Source of the DNA: Bacilli bacterium
GTDB taxonomy: Bacteria; Bacillota_I; Bacilli_A; RFN20; CAG-826
NCBI GenBank assembly: GCA_050874705.1
Contig: JBNMLE010000003.1
Span: 1 to 52,976, forward strand
Length of the DNA stretch: 52,976 nucleotides
Reading direction: 5' to 3'
Under the pieces are notes generated by a model. It did no database searches, had not been told where the DNA came from, and saw only the letters and a program-made list of their open reading frames with translations. The translations under genes and the position numbers were made by a program. Position 1 is the stretch's first letter. Each line of letters starts with the position of its first letter. Shown here piece after piece: positions 9,156-18,729 of the stretch.

Positions 9156-10736
9156 ATGATCATTATGGATGCGATCCCAACTTGGGTAACAATTGTTTTA
9201 ATTGCGGCTGCATTAGTGTTCGGCTTTTTGGTAACTTTTTTAATTTTTAAATTAGTTCCTTCTTTTAAAGCAAAATCCGCTGACAAAAAAGCTGAAAAAA
9301 TCTTACATGATGCTGAAATTAAAGCGGAACAAATTAGAAAAAATGCTCAATTAGACGGAAAACAAACTGTCGCAGAATTAAAACAAGAAGCTGAAAAAGA
9401 AATTCGCGAAAGAAAACAAGAATATGCCCAACAAGAAAATAAATTAAATCAACGCGAACAAAATATTGATCGTCGTGATGCTAATTTATTAAACAAAGAA
9501 AACGCTATTGAAGAAAAAAATGAATTGCTTAATAGACGTTTAAAAGAATGTGACAAAAAAGAAACACTTTTACAATCAAAAATTGATTCAATCATTTCAG
9601 AACTTGAAAAGGTTGCTCAATTATCTGTAAAAGAAGCTCGTGAAGAAATTTTTGCTCGTGTAGAAAGCAAAATGTCGATGGAAATTGCTGCTTACATTAA
9701 AAACAAAGAAGATGAAGCAAAAGCAGAAGTTGAAGACAAAGCTAAAGAAATGCTCTCTCTTGCTATTAGTAAATTTTCTCAAGAAACAGTAACAGAAAGA
9801 ACTGTTTGTACAGTTTCTCTTCCAAGTGATGAAATGAAAGGTCGTATTATTGGCCGTGAAGGAAGAAATATTCGTACATTAGAACAACTTTTAGGTGTCG
9901 ATTTAATTATTGATGACACCCCTGAAGTTATTACTGTTAGCTGTTTTAATCCAATTAGACGTGAAATTGCTCGCCGCACATTAGATATTCTTATTAAAGA
10001 TGGAAGAATTCAACCAGGAAGAATTGAAGAAGTGACCGCAAAAGTCCAAAGTGAAATGGATTCACAAATTAAAAAAGCTGGAGAAGATGCGGCCTTTAAG
10101 TTAGGTCTTCCAAAAATTAACAAAGATTTATTGATGTATGTAGGCCGTTTAAAATATCGTACTTCATATGGCCAAAGCGCATATGATCATTCAATGGAAG
10201 TTGCATATTTAGCGGGCATTATGGCTGCTGAGTTGGGACTTGATCAAAATTTAGCAAAGCGCGCTGGTCTTTTACATGATATTGGTAAATCAGTTGATTT
10301 TGAACAAGATGGTTCACACGTTGAATTAGGCGCTAGATTAGCTAAAAAATATGGCGAACCTGATGTCGTTGTTAATGCTATTGAATCTCACCATGGTGAT
10401 GTTCCAGCTAAATATATTATTTCTAATTTAGTACAAGCCGCTGATACTCTTTCAGCAGCAAGACCAGGTGCTAGAAGCGAAACTCTTGAAAATTATATTA
10501 AACGAATTGAACAGCTTGAAACAATTTGTAAATCTTATGATGGTGTTTATCAATGCTATGCTATGCAATCAGGACGCGAAGTACGCGTGATGGTTATACC
10601 TGAAAAAATTGATGATTTAGCGGCATTTAAATTAGCGCGTGATATTAGAGAAAAAATTGAAACAGAAATGACTTATCCTGGTCAAATTAAAGTTTCAGTT
10701 ATTCGTGAATATCGTGCAGTAGAAACAGCAAAATAA
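9156..10736 (+). CDS. rny: Ribonuclease Y
   Basis: N-terminal TM, coiled coil, KH (KGRIIGREGRNI), HD (LLHDIGK). Confidence 0.97.
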   Translation: MIIMDAIPTWVTIVLIAAALVFGFLVTFLIFKLVPSFKAKSADKKAEKILHDAEIKAEQIRKNAQLDGKQTVAELKQEAEKEIRERKQEYAQQENKLNQREQNIDRRDANLLNKENAIEEKNELLNRRLKECDKKETLLQSKIDSIISELEKVAQLSVKEAREEIFARVESKMSMEIAAYIKNKEDEAKAEVEDKAKEMLSLAISKFSQETVTERTVCTVSLPSDEMKGRIIGREGRNIRTLEQLLGVDLIIDDTPEVITVSCFNPIRREIARRTLDILIKDGRIQPGRIEEVTAKVQSEMDSQIKKAGEDAAFKLGLPKINKDLLMYVGRLKYRTSYGQSAYDHSMEVAYLAGIMAAELGLDQNLAKRAGLLHDIGKSVDFEQDGSHVELGARLAKKYGEPDVVVNAIESHHGDVPAKYIISNLVQAADTLSAARPGARSETLENYIKRIEQLETICKSYDGVYQCYAMQSGREVRVMVIPEKIDDLAAFKLARDIREKIETEMTYPGQIKVSVIREYRAVETAK

Positions 10737-10738
10737 TT

Positions 10739-11521
10739 ATGAGAATACTTTTCTTTGGTGATATTGTCGGTAGAGTAGGCCGAGATGCTATTAAACATAA
10801 TATTGAAAAACTGATAAAAAAATATCAGATTGATTTTGCTATTGCTAATGGAGAAAATGTAACCCACGGAAAAGGATTAATCGAAAAGCACTACGATGAA
10901 TTAATTAATGATGGTATAGATGTTGTTACTCTTGGAAATCATTATTTAGGAAAAAATCGTATTTTGAGTTTTATAGATGATGCCGATTCTCTTGTAAGAC
11001 CTCTAAATTTAATTAAAAATATTGGAGGCCAAGGTTCAATTGTAAAAGAATGTGATGGTATTAAAATACGCGTTACTAATTTACTTGGAACGGCCTTTAT
11101 GAAAGAAGAAGTTACTGCTCCATACCTTTCACTGAAACAACTTTTAGATGAAATTGATGGTGAAGACAGCATTCATATTGTTGATTTCCATGCTGAAGCA
11201 ACAGGCGAAAAAATGTGCATTGGTTACACATTTGATGGCCTTGTAAGTGCGGTTGTGGGAACGCATACTCATGTTCAAACAAATGATGCAAAAATTCTTG
11301 AAAAAGGAACTGCTTTTATTTCTGATATAGGTATGTGTGGAGCCGCAAACGGAGTTCTTGGCTTTGAACGTAATAGTGTCATTAACAAAACTATTTTTGG
11401 TGGAACAGAAAGATTTGAAATCGGTGTCGATGATCAAGAGATGATTAATGCAATAGTTCTAGATATTGATAACGACACAAAAAAATGTAAAGAAATTTTT
11501 ACAGTTAAAGTATTAAATTAA
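10739..11521 (+). CDS. ymdB: YmdB-family metallophosphoesterase
   Basis: GDIVG, NGEN, TLGNH, DFHAEATGEK, GTHTH. Confidence 0.93.
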   Translation: MRILFFGDIVGRVGRDAIKHNIEKLIKKYQIDFAIANGENVTHGKGLIEKHYDELINDGIDVVTLGNHYLGKNRILSFIDDADSLVRPLNLIKNIGGQGSIVKECDGIKIRVTNLLGTAFMKEEVTAPYLSLKQLLDEIDGEDSIHIVDFHAEATGEKMCIGYTFDGLVSAVVGTHTHVQTNDAKILEKGTAFISDIGMCGAANGVLGFERNSVINKTIFGGTERFEIGVDDQEMINAIVLDIDNDTKKCKEIFTVKVLN

Positions 11522-11532
11522 GGAGAAATATC

Positions 11533-12975
11533 ATGGCAAACAAATGTGAATTTCTATCTTTACCAGATGACAAACTTGAAAGAAAAAGAAATATAAATTT
11601 TTCTTTCGATTATAGTGAAATTAAAATTCCTGAAGTCTTACATAACTACGCGATTGGAAAAAAATATTTTATTCATACATATGGCTGTCAAGCAAATTAT
11701 CGTGATGAAGAAATAATGTCTGGAATTTTAGAAAATGCTGGTTTTAGCAAAGCAACACATGAAAAAGAAGCTGATGTTATTATTCTTAATACATGCGCTG
11801 TAAGAGAAAATGCTGAAGATAAAGTATTTGGTAAAATTGGTGATTTAAAATCTTATAAGCAAGAAAACAAAAATGTCATCATCGGTATATGTGGTTGCAT
11901 GGTTCAACAAAAACACATTATAGAAAAATTGTTGGATAAATATAAACATGTCGGTTTAATTTTTGGCACCCATAATATTTATGATTTACCAGCTTTGCTC
12001 GATGAAATAATTAGAAAACGTGTTCGTTTAATTGATGTTAAATCAATCCCTGGAGATATAAGAGAAAATCTTCCATCAAAGCGTTTATCTTCTTTTAAAG
12101 CCTTTGTAAATATTTCATATGGTTGTGATAAATTTTGTACATATTGCATCGTTCCATATACTAGAGGCAAAGAAAGAAGCCGTAAAATGGATGACATCTT
12201 AAACGAAGTCAAAGAACTTAAAGATGCTGGTTATCAAGAAGTAACACTCCTTGGACAAAATGTTAATGCATATGGAAAAGATTTAGATGACGGTTCTACT
12301 TTTGCAAAATTATTAGATGAAGTTGCAAAAATCGGAATACCTCGTGTGAGATTTTTAACATCTCATCCTTGGGATTTTAAAGAAGAAATGATCGATGTTA
12401 TTGCCAAACACGATAACATTATGAAATATATTCATCTTCCTGTTCAAAGTGGTTCTGATGAAATACTTCGTTTAATGGGAAGAAGATATAGTGCAAAGCA
12501 ATATAAAGATCTTGTTGAATTAATAAGAAAAAAGATACCTGATGTTGCCTTATCAACAGACATTATTGTTGGTTTCCCAAATGAAACATATGAACAATTT
12601 TTGGAAACAGTAAAAATGGTTGAAGATGTTAAATATGATTCCGCTTTTACATTTATTTATTCTCCTAGAAATGGCACACCAGCCGCGAAGATTAAAGATA
12701 ATGTTTCTAGTAAGGAAAAATCACAGAGATTTAGAGAACTTGTAAAAGCGCTTGAAAAAACAATTGCGGTTTCCTCTGACGCTATGATTGGAAATACTTA
12801 TTCTGTTTTAGTGGAAGGCGTATCTGAAAAAAATCCTGAAATGTTATCGGGTTATACTGAAAAGAATAAACTTGTACATTTTAAAGGTGACATTTCTCTT
12901 GTTGGTAAAATTGTTAATGTAAAAATTAATGAATCCCATCTTTATTCATTACTTGGAGAACTTGTAAATGAGTGA
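11533..12975 (+). CDS. miaB: tRNA i6A37 methylthiotransferase MiaB
   Basis: TYGCQAN, NTCAVRE, radical SAM CDKFCTYC, TRAM domain. Confidence 0.95.
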   Translation: MANKCEFLSLPDDKLERKRNINFSFDYSEIKIPEVLHNYAIGKKYFIHTYGCQANYRDEEIMSGILENAGFSKATHEKEADVIILNTCAVRENAEDKVFGKIGDLKSYKQENKNVIIGICGCMVQQKHIIEKLLDKYKHVGLIFGTHNIYDLPALLDEIIRKRVRLIDVKSIPGDIRENLPSKRLSSFKAFVNISYGCDKFCTYCIVPYTRGKERSRKMDDILNEVKELKDAGYQEVTLLGQNVNAYGKDLDDGSTFAKLLDEVAKIGIPRVRFLTSHPWDFKEEMIDVIAKHDNIMKYIHLPVQSGSDEILRLMGRRYSAKQYKDLVELIRKKIPDVALSTDIIVGFPNETYEQFLETVKMVEDVKYDSAFTFIYSPRNGTPAAKIKDNVSSKEKSQRFRELVKALEKTIAVSSDAMIGNTYSVLVEGVSEKNPEMLSGYTEKNKLVHFKGDISLVGKIVNVKINESHLYSLLGELVNE

Positions 12976-13279
12976 TTTTGATATTGCGTTAGAACAATTA
13001 AAAAATGTTTTATATGATAACGAAATTATTAAAAATTATTTAGCAACTAAAAAAATAATTGAAAACAATACTGAAATAAATTCATTAATAAATGAACTTA
13101 GAAATCATCAACGTTTAATGTGCAAAAATGTTAATGATGATGAAAAATATTTATTAGAAAAAGAAAAATATTTAACTGTTCAAGATGAATTAAACTCAAA
13201 TCCTTTATATCAAAACTTTTTAAATTTGCAAAACGAAGTTAGCGCTTTATTAAAAGAAGTAAGAGATTATTTAAAATGA
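12968..13279 (+). CDS. YlbF/YmcA (RicA-like) family protein
   Basis: Helical 103 aa with NPLYQNFL motif, downstream of miaB as ymcA is in Bacillus. Confidence 0.65.
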   Translation: MSDFDIALEQLKNVLYDNEIIKNYLATKKIIENNTEINSLINELRNHQRLMCKNVNDDEKYLLEKEKYLTVQDELNSNPLYQNFLNLQNEVSALLKEVRDYLK

Positions 13280-14160
13280 TTATTGTTATCACTGGTCCAA
13301 CTTGTTTAGGAAAATCAGATACTGCGCTTAATATCGCTAAAATTTTGAACGCTGAAATAGTAAACGGCGATGCTTTCCAAAGTTATAAAGACTTTGATGT
13401 AGGAGTGGCTAAACCTCCAAAGGAATATTTTTCAATAGTTCCACATCATTTATATTCTTTTGTCGATCCATCTCATTCTTATTCAATAATGGAATATCAA
13501 AAGAATTTAAGAAAAACAATTGATGATATTTTATCTCGTAACAAAATTGCTATTATTGTTGGAGGTAGTGGCCTTTATATAAGAAGTGGCCTTTATGATT
13601 ATACTTTTGAAGATGAAAAAGAAATTGATATGTCTCAATTTGAAAAACTTAGTGATGATGAACTACATGATAAATTAAAAGAAATTGATGAAGTCGAAGC
13701 ATTAAAAATACATCCTCATAATCGCAAGAGAGTTTTACGAGCGCTTCAAATATTTTATTCGCAAAATCAAAAAAAGAGCGATATCATCGCGAAACAAAAT
13801 CATGAATTGATTTATGATAATGTCTATTTTTTTGTAAAGGATATGCCACGAGATATTCTCTATGAAAGAATTAATAAACGCGTTGATGAAATGGTTAATA
13901 ATGGTTTAATTGATGAGTTTAAAAATCTTTATAAAAAATATGGGAACGTTAATGCTATGCAAGCAATTGGTTATAAAGAATTAATTGGAATGAGCGATGA
14001 TAAATATGATATTGCTAAACGTATTGAACTTATAAAACAACACACTAGAAATTACGCGAAAAGACAAATGACTTTTATAAGGCATCAATTCCCTGTAATA
14101 TTTTACAAAGATGATGAAGATATTTTAAAGGTTATAAAAAATGAGCACATATCTAGATAG
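13276..14160 (+). CDS. miaA: tRNA dimethylallyltransferase
   Basis: GPTCLGKS, VPHHL, GGSGLY, QAIGYKE, TRNYAKRQMT. Confidence 0.95.
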   Translation: MIIVITGPTCLGKSDTALNIAKILNAEIVNGDAFQSYKDFDVGVAKPPKEYFSIVPHHLYSFVDPSHSYSIMEYQKNLRKTIDDILSRNKIAIIVGGSGLYIRSGLYDYTFEDEKEIDMSQFEKLSDDELHDKLKEIDEVEALKIHPHNRKRVLRALQIFYSQNQKKSDIIAKQNHELIYDNVYFFVKDMPRDILYERINKRVDEMVNNGLIDEFKNLYKKYGNVNAMQAIGYKELIGMSDDKYDIAKRIELIKQHTRNYAKRQMTFIRHQFPVIFYKDDEDILKVIKNEHISR

Positions 14161-14818
14161 AACTATTGAATTATTAGGAGAAGATCGCGTAAATTCTTTT
14201 AAAAATAAAACTATTTTAGTTGTCGGATTAGGCGGTGTTGGTGGAACAGCTTTAATGGCTCTTGCTAGAAGTGGTTTTATGAACTTTATTATCGTTGATC
14301 ATGATGTTGTTGATGAATCAAACATTAACCGCCAAATATTTTATTTTTCAGATGATGTAGGAAAAAATAAAGTTGATATTTGCGAACAAAATATAAAAAG
14401 AATAAATCCAAATATTAATGTTATTAAATTCAATATGTTTGTTAATGAAGATAATTTAAATGTTTTTGATAATTTTAATATTGATTTTATTATTGACGCA
14501 ATTGATAAAATTCCATCAAAAATATCTCTTATTAAATATGCAAAAAATAGAAATATTAAACTAATTGTTTCTCTTGGAATGGGAAATAAAATTAATCCTG
14601 AAAATGTGAGTTTAACGAAATTAGATAAAACTTCATATGACCCTTTAGCAAAGGTGTTAAGATATAAAATAAGAAAAGAAAATATTGATACAAAAACAAT
14701 CGATGTTGTATTTTCTAGCGAAAGTCCTCGCGTCAGAAATGAGAAACCTTCATCAATGATGATGGTTCCATCAACTGCCGGACTATTAATGGCGAAATTT
14801 ATAATTGAAAATATTTAG
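14141..14818 (+). CDS. tcdA: ThiF-family tRNA t6A dehydratase (TcdA-like)
   Basis: GLGGVG, DHDVVDESNINRQ, DAID, TSYDPLAK, VFSSE. Confidence 0.8.
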   Translation: MSTYLDRTIELLGEDRVNSFKNKTILVVGLGGVGGTALMALARSGFMNFIIVDHDVVDESNINRQIFYFSDDVGKNKVDICEQNIKRINPNINVIKFNMFVNEDNLNVFDNFNIDFIIDAIDKIPSKISLIKYAKNRNIKLIVSLGMGNKINPENVSLTKLDKTSYDPLAKVLRYKIRKENIDTKTIDVVFSSESPRVRNEKPSSMMMVPSTAGLLMAKFIIENI

Positions 14819-14827
14819 GAGGTAATT

Positions 14828-16429
14828 ATGAAACACATACTAGAAATTGCAAAGAAAAGTGGTATTGATGAAAAATATATTAAACAATACGGTAACGATA
14901 AAGCAAAAATATCTCTTGAATGTTTTAATGAAAACAAAAATAAAAAAGATGGAAAATTAGTTTTAGTAACAGCAATTACACCAAGCAAAGTTGGTGAAGG
15001 AAAAACAACTATGTCTATTGCTCTTCAAGATGGCTTATGCAAGATAGGAGCAAGTTCAATGCTTTGTTTAAGAGAGCCTTCACTAGGCCCTGTTTTTGGT
15101 CTTAAAGGTGGGGCAACAGGAGGCGGAAAAGCATCTGTTATACCTAGCGAAGATATTAATCTTCATTTTACTGGAGATATGCATGCATTAACATCGTCAA
15201 TTAATTTAATAAGCGCGATTATTGATAATCACATTTATCAAGGAAATGAACTCAATATCAATCCAGAAAAAATAGTATGGAAAAGATCAATGGATATGAA
15301 TGATCGCTCTTTAAGAGAAATTGAAATTGGACTTGGCAAAAATAATGGCATTCCTAGAAAAGATTCTTTCCAAATTACAGTTGCAAGTGAACTAATGGCA
15401 ATCCTTTGTCTAGCAAAAGATGAATTAGACTTTAAAAATAGAATTAATAATATCATTGTTGCTTATTCATTTGATGATAAGCCAATCTATTTAAAAGAAT
15501 TAAAAATATCAAACGCAATTATGAAACTAATGAAGGATGCTTTGATGCCAAATTTAGTTCAAACACTAGAAGGAAACCCTTGCATTATTCATGGTGGTCC
15601 TTTTGCCAATATTGCTCACGGTTGTAATTCATTAATTGCCACAAAACTTGCTTTAAAATTAAAAGATATTGTTGTTACAGAAGCTGGTTTTGGTGCTGAT
15701 TTAGGCGCTGAAAAGTTTTTAGATATTGCTTGTCCTATTGGTGATATGAAACCAAACTTAGTAGTGGTTGTTGCGACAATTAGAGCTCTTAAACTCCATG
15801 GCGGGCAATTATTTGAAGAACTTGAAAAAGAAGACGTTAATGCTTTACTTAATGGAGTTAATAATTTAAAAATTCATTTGGAGAATATGAAAAAATATGG
15901 TCTTCCAGTTTTGGTGGCCATCAACCATTTTGCATTCGATTCTAAGAAAGAAATTGATGCATTGACTTCATGGTGCAAAGATAATGGTTATGAAGTTACT
16001 TTTGTTGATTCTTATCTAAAAGGAAGCGAAGGTGGAGTGGATTTTGCAAACAAAGTTGTAACTTTATTAAACGAAAATTCCAATTATAAACCGCTTCAAA
16101 ATGTTGGTTTGTCTATAAAAGAGAATATTACAAAAATTGCTAAAGAGATTTATCGTGCAAGCGATGTTGAATACTTAGATAAAGCAAATGAACAAATTAA
16201 AAAATATGAAGATCTAGGATATGGACATGTTCCTGTTTGTATTGCTAAAACTCCGTTATCTTTATCAGATAATCCAAAATTAGAAGTTCAAGGAAATGAC
16301 CACGTTCTTCATGTAAAAGAAGTTAATTTATCTAGCGGAGCAGGTTTTATAGTTGCTTTAACAGGAAAAGTTATGACAATGCCTGGTCTTCCAAAAATAC
16401 CTGCAGCGGTTAAGATGGAGAACGAATGA
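14828..16429 (+). CDS. fhs: Formate--tetrahydrofolate ligase
   Basis: GEGKTT, LREPSLGP, KGGATGGG, HGGPFANIAHG, TEAGFGADLG, MTMPGLP. Confidence 0.97.
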   Translation: MKHILEIAKKSGIDEKYIKQYGNDKAKISLECFNENKNKKDGKLVLVTAITPSKVGEGKTTMSIALQDGLCKIGASSMLCLREPSLGPVFGLKGGATGGGKASVIPSEDINLHFTGDMHALTSSINLISAIIDNHIYQGNELNINPEKIVWKRSMDMNDRSLREIEIGLGKNNGIPRKDSFQITVASELMAILCLAKDELDFKNRINNIIVAYSFDDKPIYLKELKISNAIMKLMKDALMPNLVQTLEGNPCIIHGGPFANIAHGCNSLIATKLALKLKDIVVTEAGFGADLGAEKFLDIACPIGDMKPNLVVVVATIRALKLHGGQLFEELEKEDVNALLNGVNNLKIHLENMKKYGLPVLVAINHFAFDSKKEIDALTSWCKDNGYEVTFVDSYLKGSEGGVDFANKVVTLLNENSNYKPLQNVGLSIKENITKIAKEIYRASDVEYLDKANEQIKKYEDLGYGHVPVCIAKTPLSLSDNPKLEVQGNDHVLHVKEVNLSSGAGFIVALTGKVMTMPGLPKIPAAVKMENE

Positions 16430-16617
16430 AAGAATACAATTATAACATCGGTGATGTTGTTGAAATGAAGAAACCACATCCATGTGTTCATAGATCAAAA
16501 GTTTTTAAAATTATAAAACTTGGTGCGGATTTAAAAATCGAATGCATGGGATGCCACAATATAATAATTATTTCAAGAGATAGCTTTAATAAAGGTTTTA
16601 AAAAAATAATTAAATAA
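16426..16617 (+). CDS. DUF951 family protein
   Basis: GDVVEMKKPHPC...GADLKIECMGC. Confidence 0.9.
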   Translation: MKEYNYNIGDVVEMKKPHPCVHRSKVFKIIKLGADLKIECMGCHNIIIISRDSFNKGFKKIIK

Positions 16618-16668
16618 TTTTGAATAATGTTCACAAAAAACCACTATAAGAATAATGGAGGTTATAAT

Positions 16669-18729
16669 GTGGATATTTTTGCCATTAATAATTTGACACA
16701 AGTTTTCCAAAATGGAGAAAAAGAAAACATCGTTCTCAAAAATCTGTCCTTAAAATTCTCTAAAAATTCTTTTGTTGCTATTTATGGAAAATCTGGATGT
16801 GGCAAATCAACGCTTCTTAATTGCTTAAATGGAATTATCAAACCAACTAAAGGAAGCATTAAATATTTCGGCAAAGACATTAATGAATTATCAAATAAAG
16901 AAAAAAATATTTATTTGAATAAAGAAATAAATATGGTTTTTCAACATTATAACCTCTTTAATGATTTAACATCTATTGATAATGCAATAATTCCTTTGCT
17001 TATACGTGGTGAAAATAAAAAGAAATCATATAAAAAAGCACTTATTTTATTTAAGAGATTCAACCTTGAAAATTGTATTGATAAAAAAACTAAATTTTTA
17101 TCTGGTGGAGAAAAACAAAGAGTGGCTATTATAAGAGCAATATTATCGAATTCAAAAGTGATTCTTTGCGATGAACCAACAGGGGCATTAGATGAAAAAA
17201 ATTCAATCTTAATAATGGACATATTAAAGCAATTATCTAAGCAAAAGTTAATTATTTTTGTTTCTCATAATATTGAACTTGTTAATAAATACGCTGATAG
17301 AAAAATAGAATTGTGCGATGGAGAAATAATAAATGACGAAGCAATAAATGATATAAATAAGAATACTCCAATTTTTATAGAAGAAACCAAAATAAAAAAA
17401 CAACATGTCGTTTCATTATTTATTAAAAATTTATTAAAAAGAAATATAGGAAAAAATGTTCTTGCCTTCACAATTTCAACTTTTGGTTTTCTAGTTGTCC
17501 TTTTATCTATTTCATTCATAAATGGAAACGAATTAAATAAAGAAAATATTATTTATAAAAATGCTGATTCTTTTAATGCTACTTTATCAACTAAAACTTA
17601 TAAAGAAATACCAAACTCATCACTAGTTTTAGAGAAAGATTCTTTGCCAAATGAAGATGAGATAAAAAAGATCAAAGAAGTTTTTCCATCATCATATATT
17701 TGTAACAATTACGACTATTTTCTTCCTACATATAGTACATTTTCTATTAATAATGATTTGTTTAATAATATACAATTTATTCCATTTTATAAAAATAATT
17801 CCTTAGTTGAAAAGAGTTCAATAGAAACAATTAATGATGTAGTTATAAATGAAGAAATGTCGAAAATACTTCAAGAAGATAAAAATGAAATAATTGTTTT
17901 TAGTAAAAGTGAAGTAAAATTGCATACATTTGATAAAGACATGCCTTTAATTAAAGATGATTTTGTTTATAATTTGAAATTAAATGTTAAGCAAACAATA
18001 AAAGAATTTTCTTTTCTTAATGGACCGAAAGTTTATTATTCATATAGTTTGTTTGAGGAGTATTTAAAATCTAGTTATCTTCCCAATATAAGCGAATATA
18101 CAAAAAAAGATATAAACGTTATAGATTATCTAGATAGTTACTGTAAAGACGAAGCGATAAAAAATTATTCTAGAAGAATTTTCTTTTCATCTAAGGATGA
18201 TGTTCGAAACGCTTTTTCTTATATTGAAACAAATAAAACAAATATTTTTATTAATAGCAGTTCTTATGAAATAAAGAATGTATATGTTCAGTATATTGAA
18301 TCTTTTTCAAACGCATTTTTATTTTTTTCTATAATTTGTTTTATTTGTCTAAATCTTATTATTGGGATAACATCATTATCAAATTATGTTGAAAGAAAGA
18401 AAGAAAACGCAATATTAAAAAGTTTTGGATTAAGTGATAGTTCAATAAGAAAAATATATACAATAACAAACATAATAAACACATTCATTTCTTACATATT
18501 TTCTTTTTGTTTATTCTTTCCAGTTACATCTTTATTAAATGAAATAATTTATTCGAATTTTAATATGGAAAATTTAATTGTTTTTCCTTTGAATTCACAA
18601 AATTTATTGCTTTCTTTTTCGCCTCTACTTGTTTTGGGCATTGGAGCAATTGTTTCATATATGTTTGTTTACATACCTCTTTTAATGAGTAAAAAAATTG
18701 ATATCGCGAAAGAATTAAAAGATGAATGA
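16669..18729 (+). CDS. ABC transporter ATPase-permease fusion (MacB/FtsX-like)
   Basis: GKSGCGKS, LSGGEKQR, LCDEPTGALD, C-terminal TMs; GTG at 16669 follows GGAGG RBS (ORF from 16627). Confidence 0.85.
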   Translation: MDIFAINNLTQVFQNGEKENIVLKNLSLKFSKNSFVAIYGKSGCGKSTLLNCLNGIIKPTKGSIKYFGKDINELSNKEKNIYLNKEINMVFQHYNLFNDLTSIDNAIIPLLIRGENKKKSYKKALILFKRFNLENCIDKKTKFLSGGEKQRVAIIRAILSNSKVILCDEPTGALDEKNSILIMDILKQLSKQKLIIFVSHNIELVNKYADRKIELCDGEIINDEAINDINKNTPIFIEETKIKKQHVVSLFIKNLLKRNIGKNVLAFTISTFGFLVVLLSISFINGNELNKENIIYKNADSFNATLSTKTYKEIPNSSLVLEKDSLPNEDEIKKIKEVFPSSYICNNYDYFLPTYSTFSINNDLFNNIQFIPFYKNNSLVEKSSIETINDVVINEEMSKILQEDKNEIIVFSKSEVKLHTFDKDMPLIKDDFVYNLKLNVKQTIKEFSFLNGPKVYYSYSLFEEYLKSSYLPNISEYTKKDINVIDYLDSYCKDEAIKNYSRRIFFSSKDDVRNAFSYIETNKTNIFINSSSYEIKNVYVQYIESFSNAFLFFSIICFICLNLIIGITSLSNYVERKKENAILKSFGLSDSSIRKIYTITNIINTFISYIFSFCLFFPVTSLLNEIIYSNFNMENLIVFPLNSQNLLLSFSPLLVLGIGAIVSYMFVYIPLLMSKKIDIAKELKDE

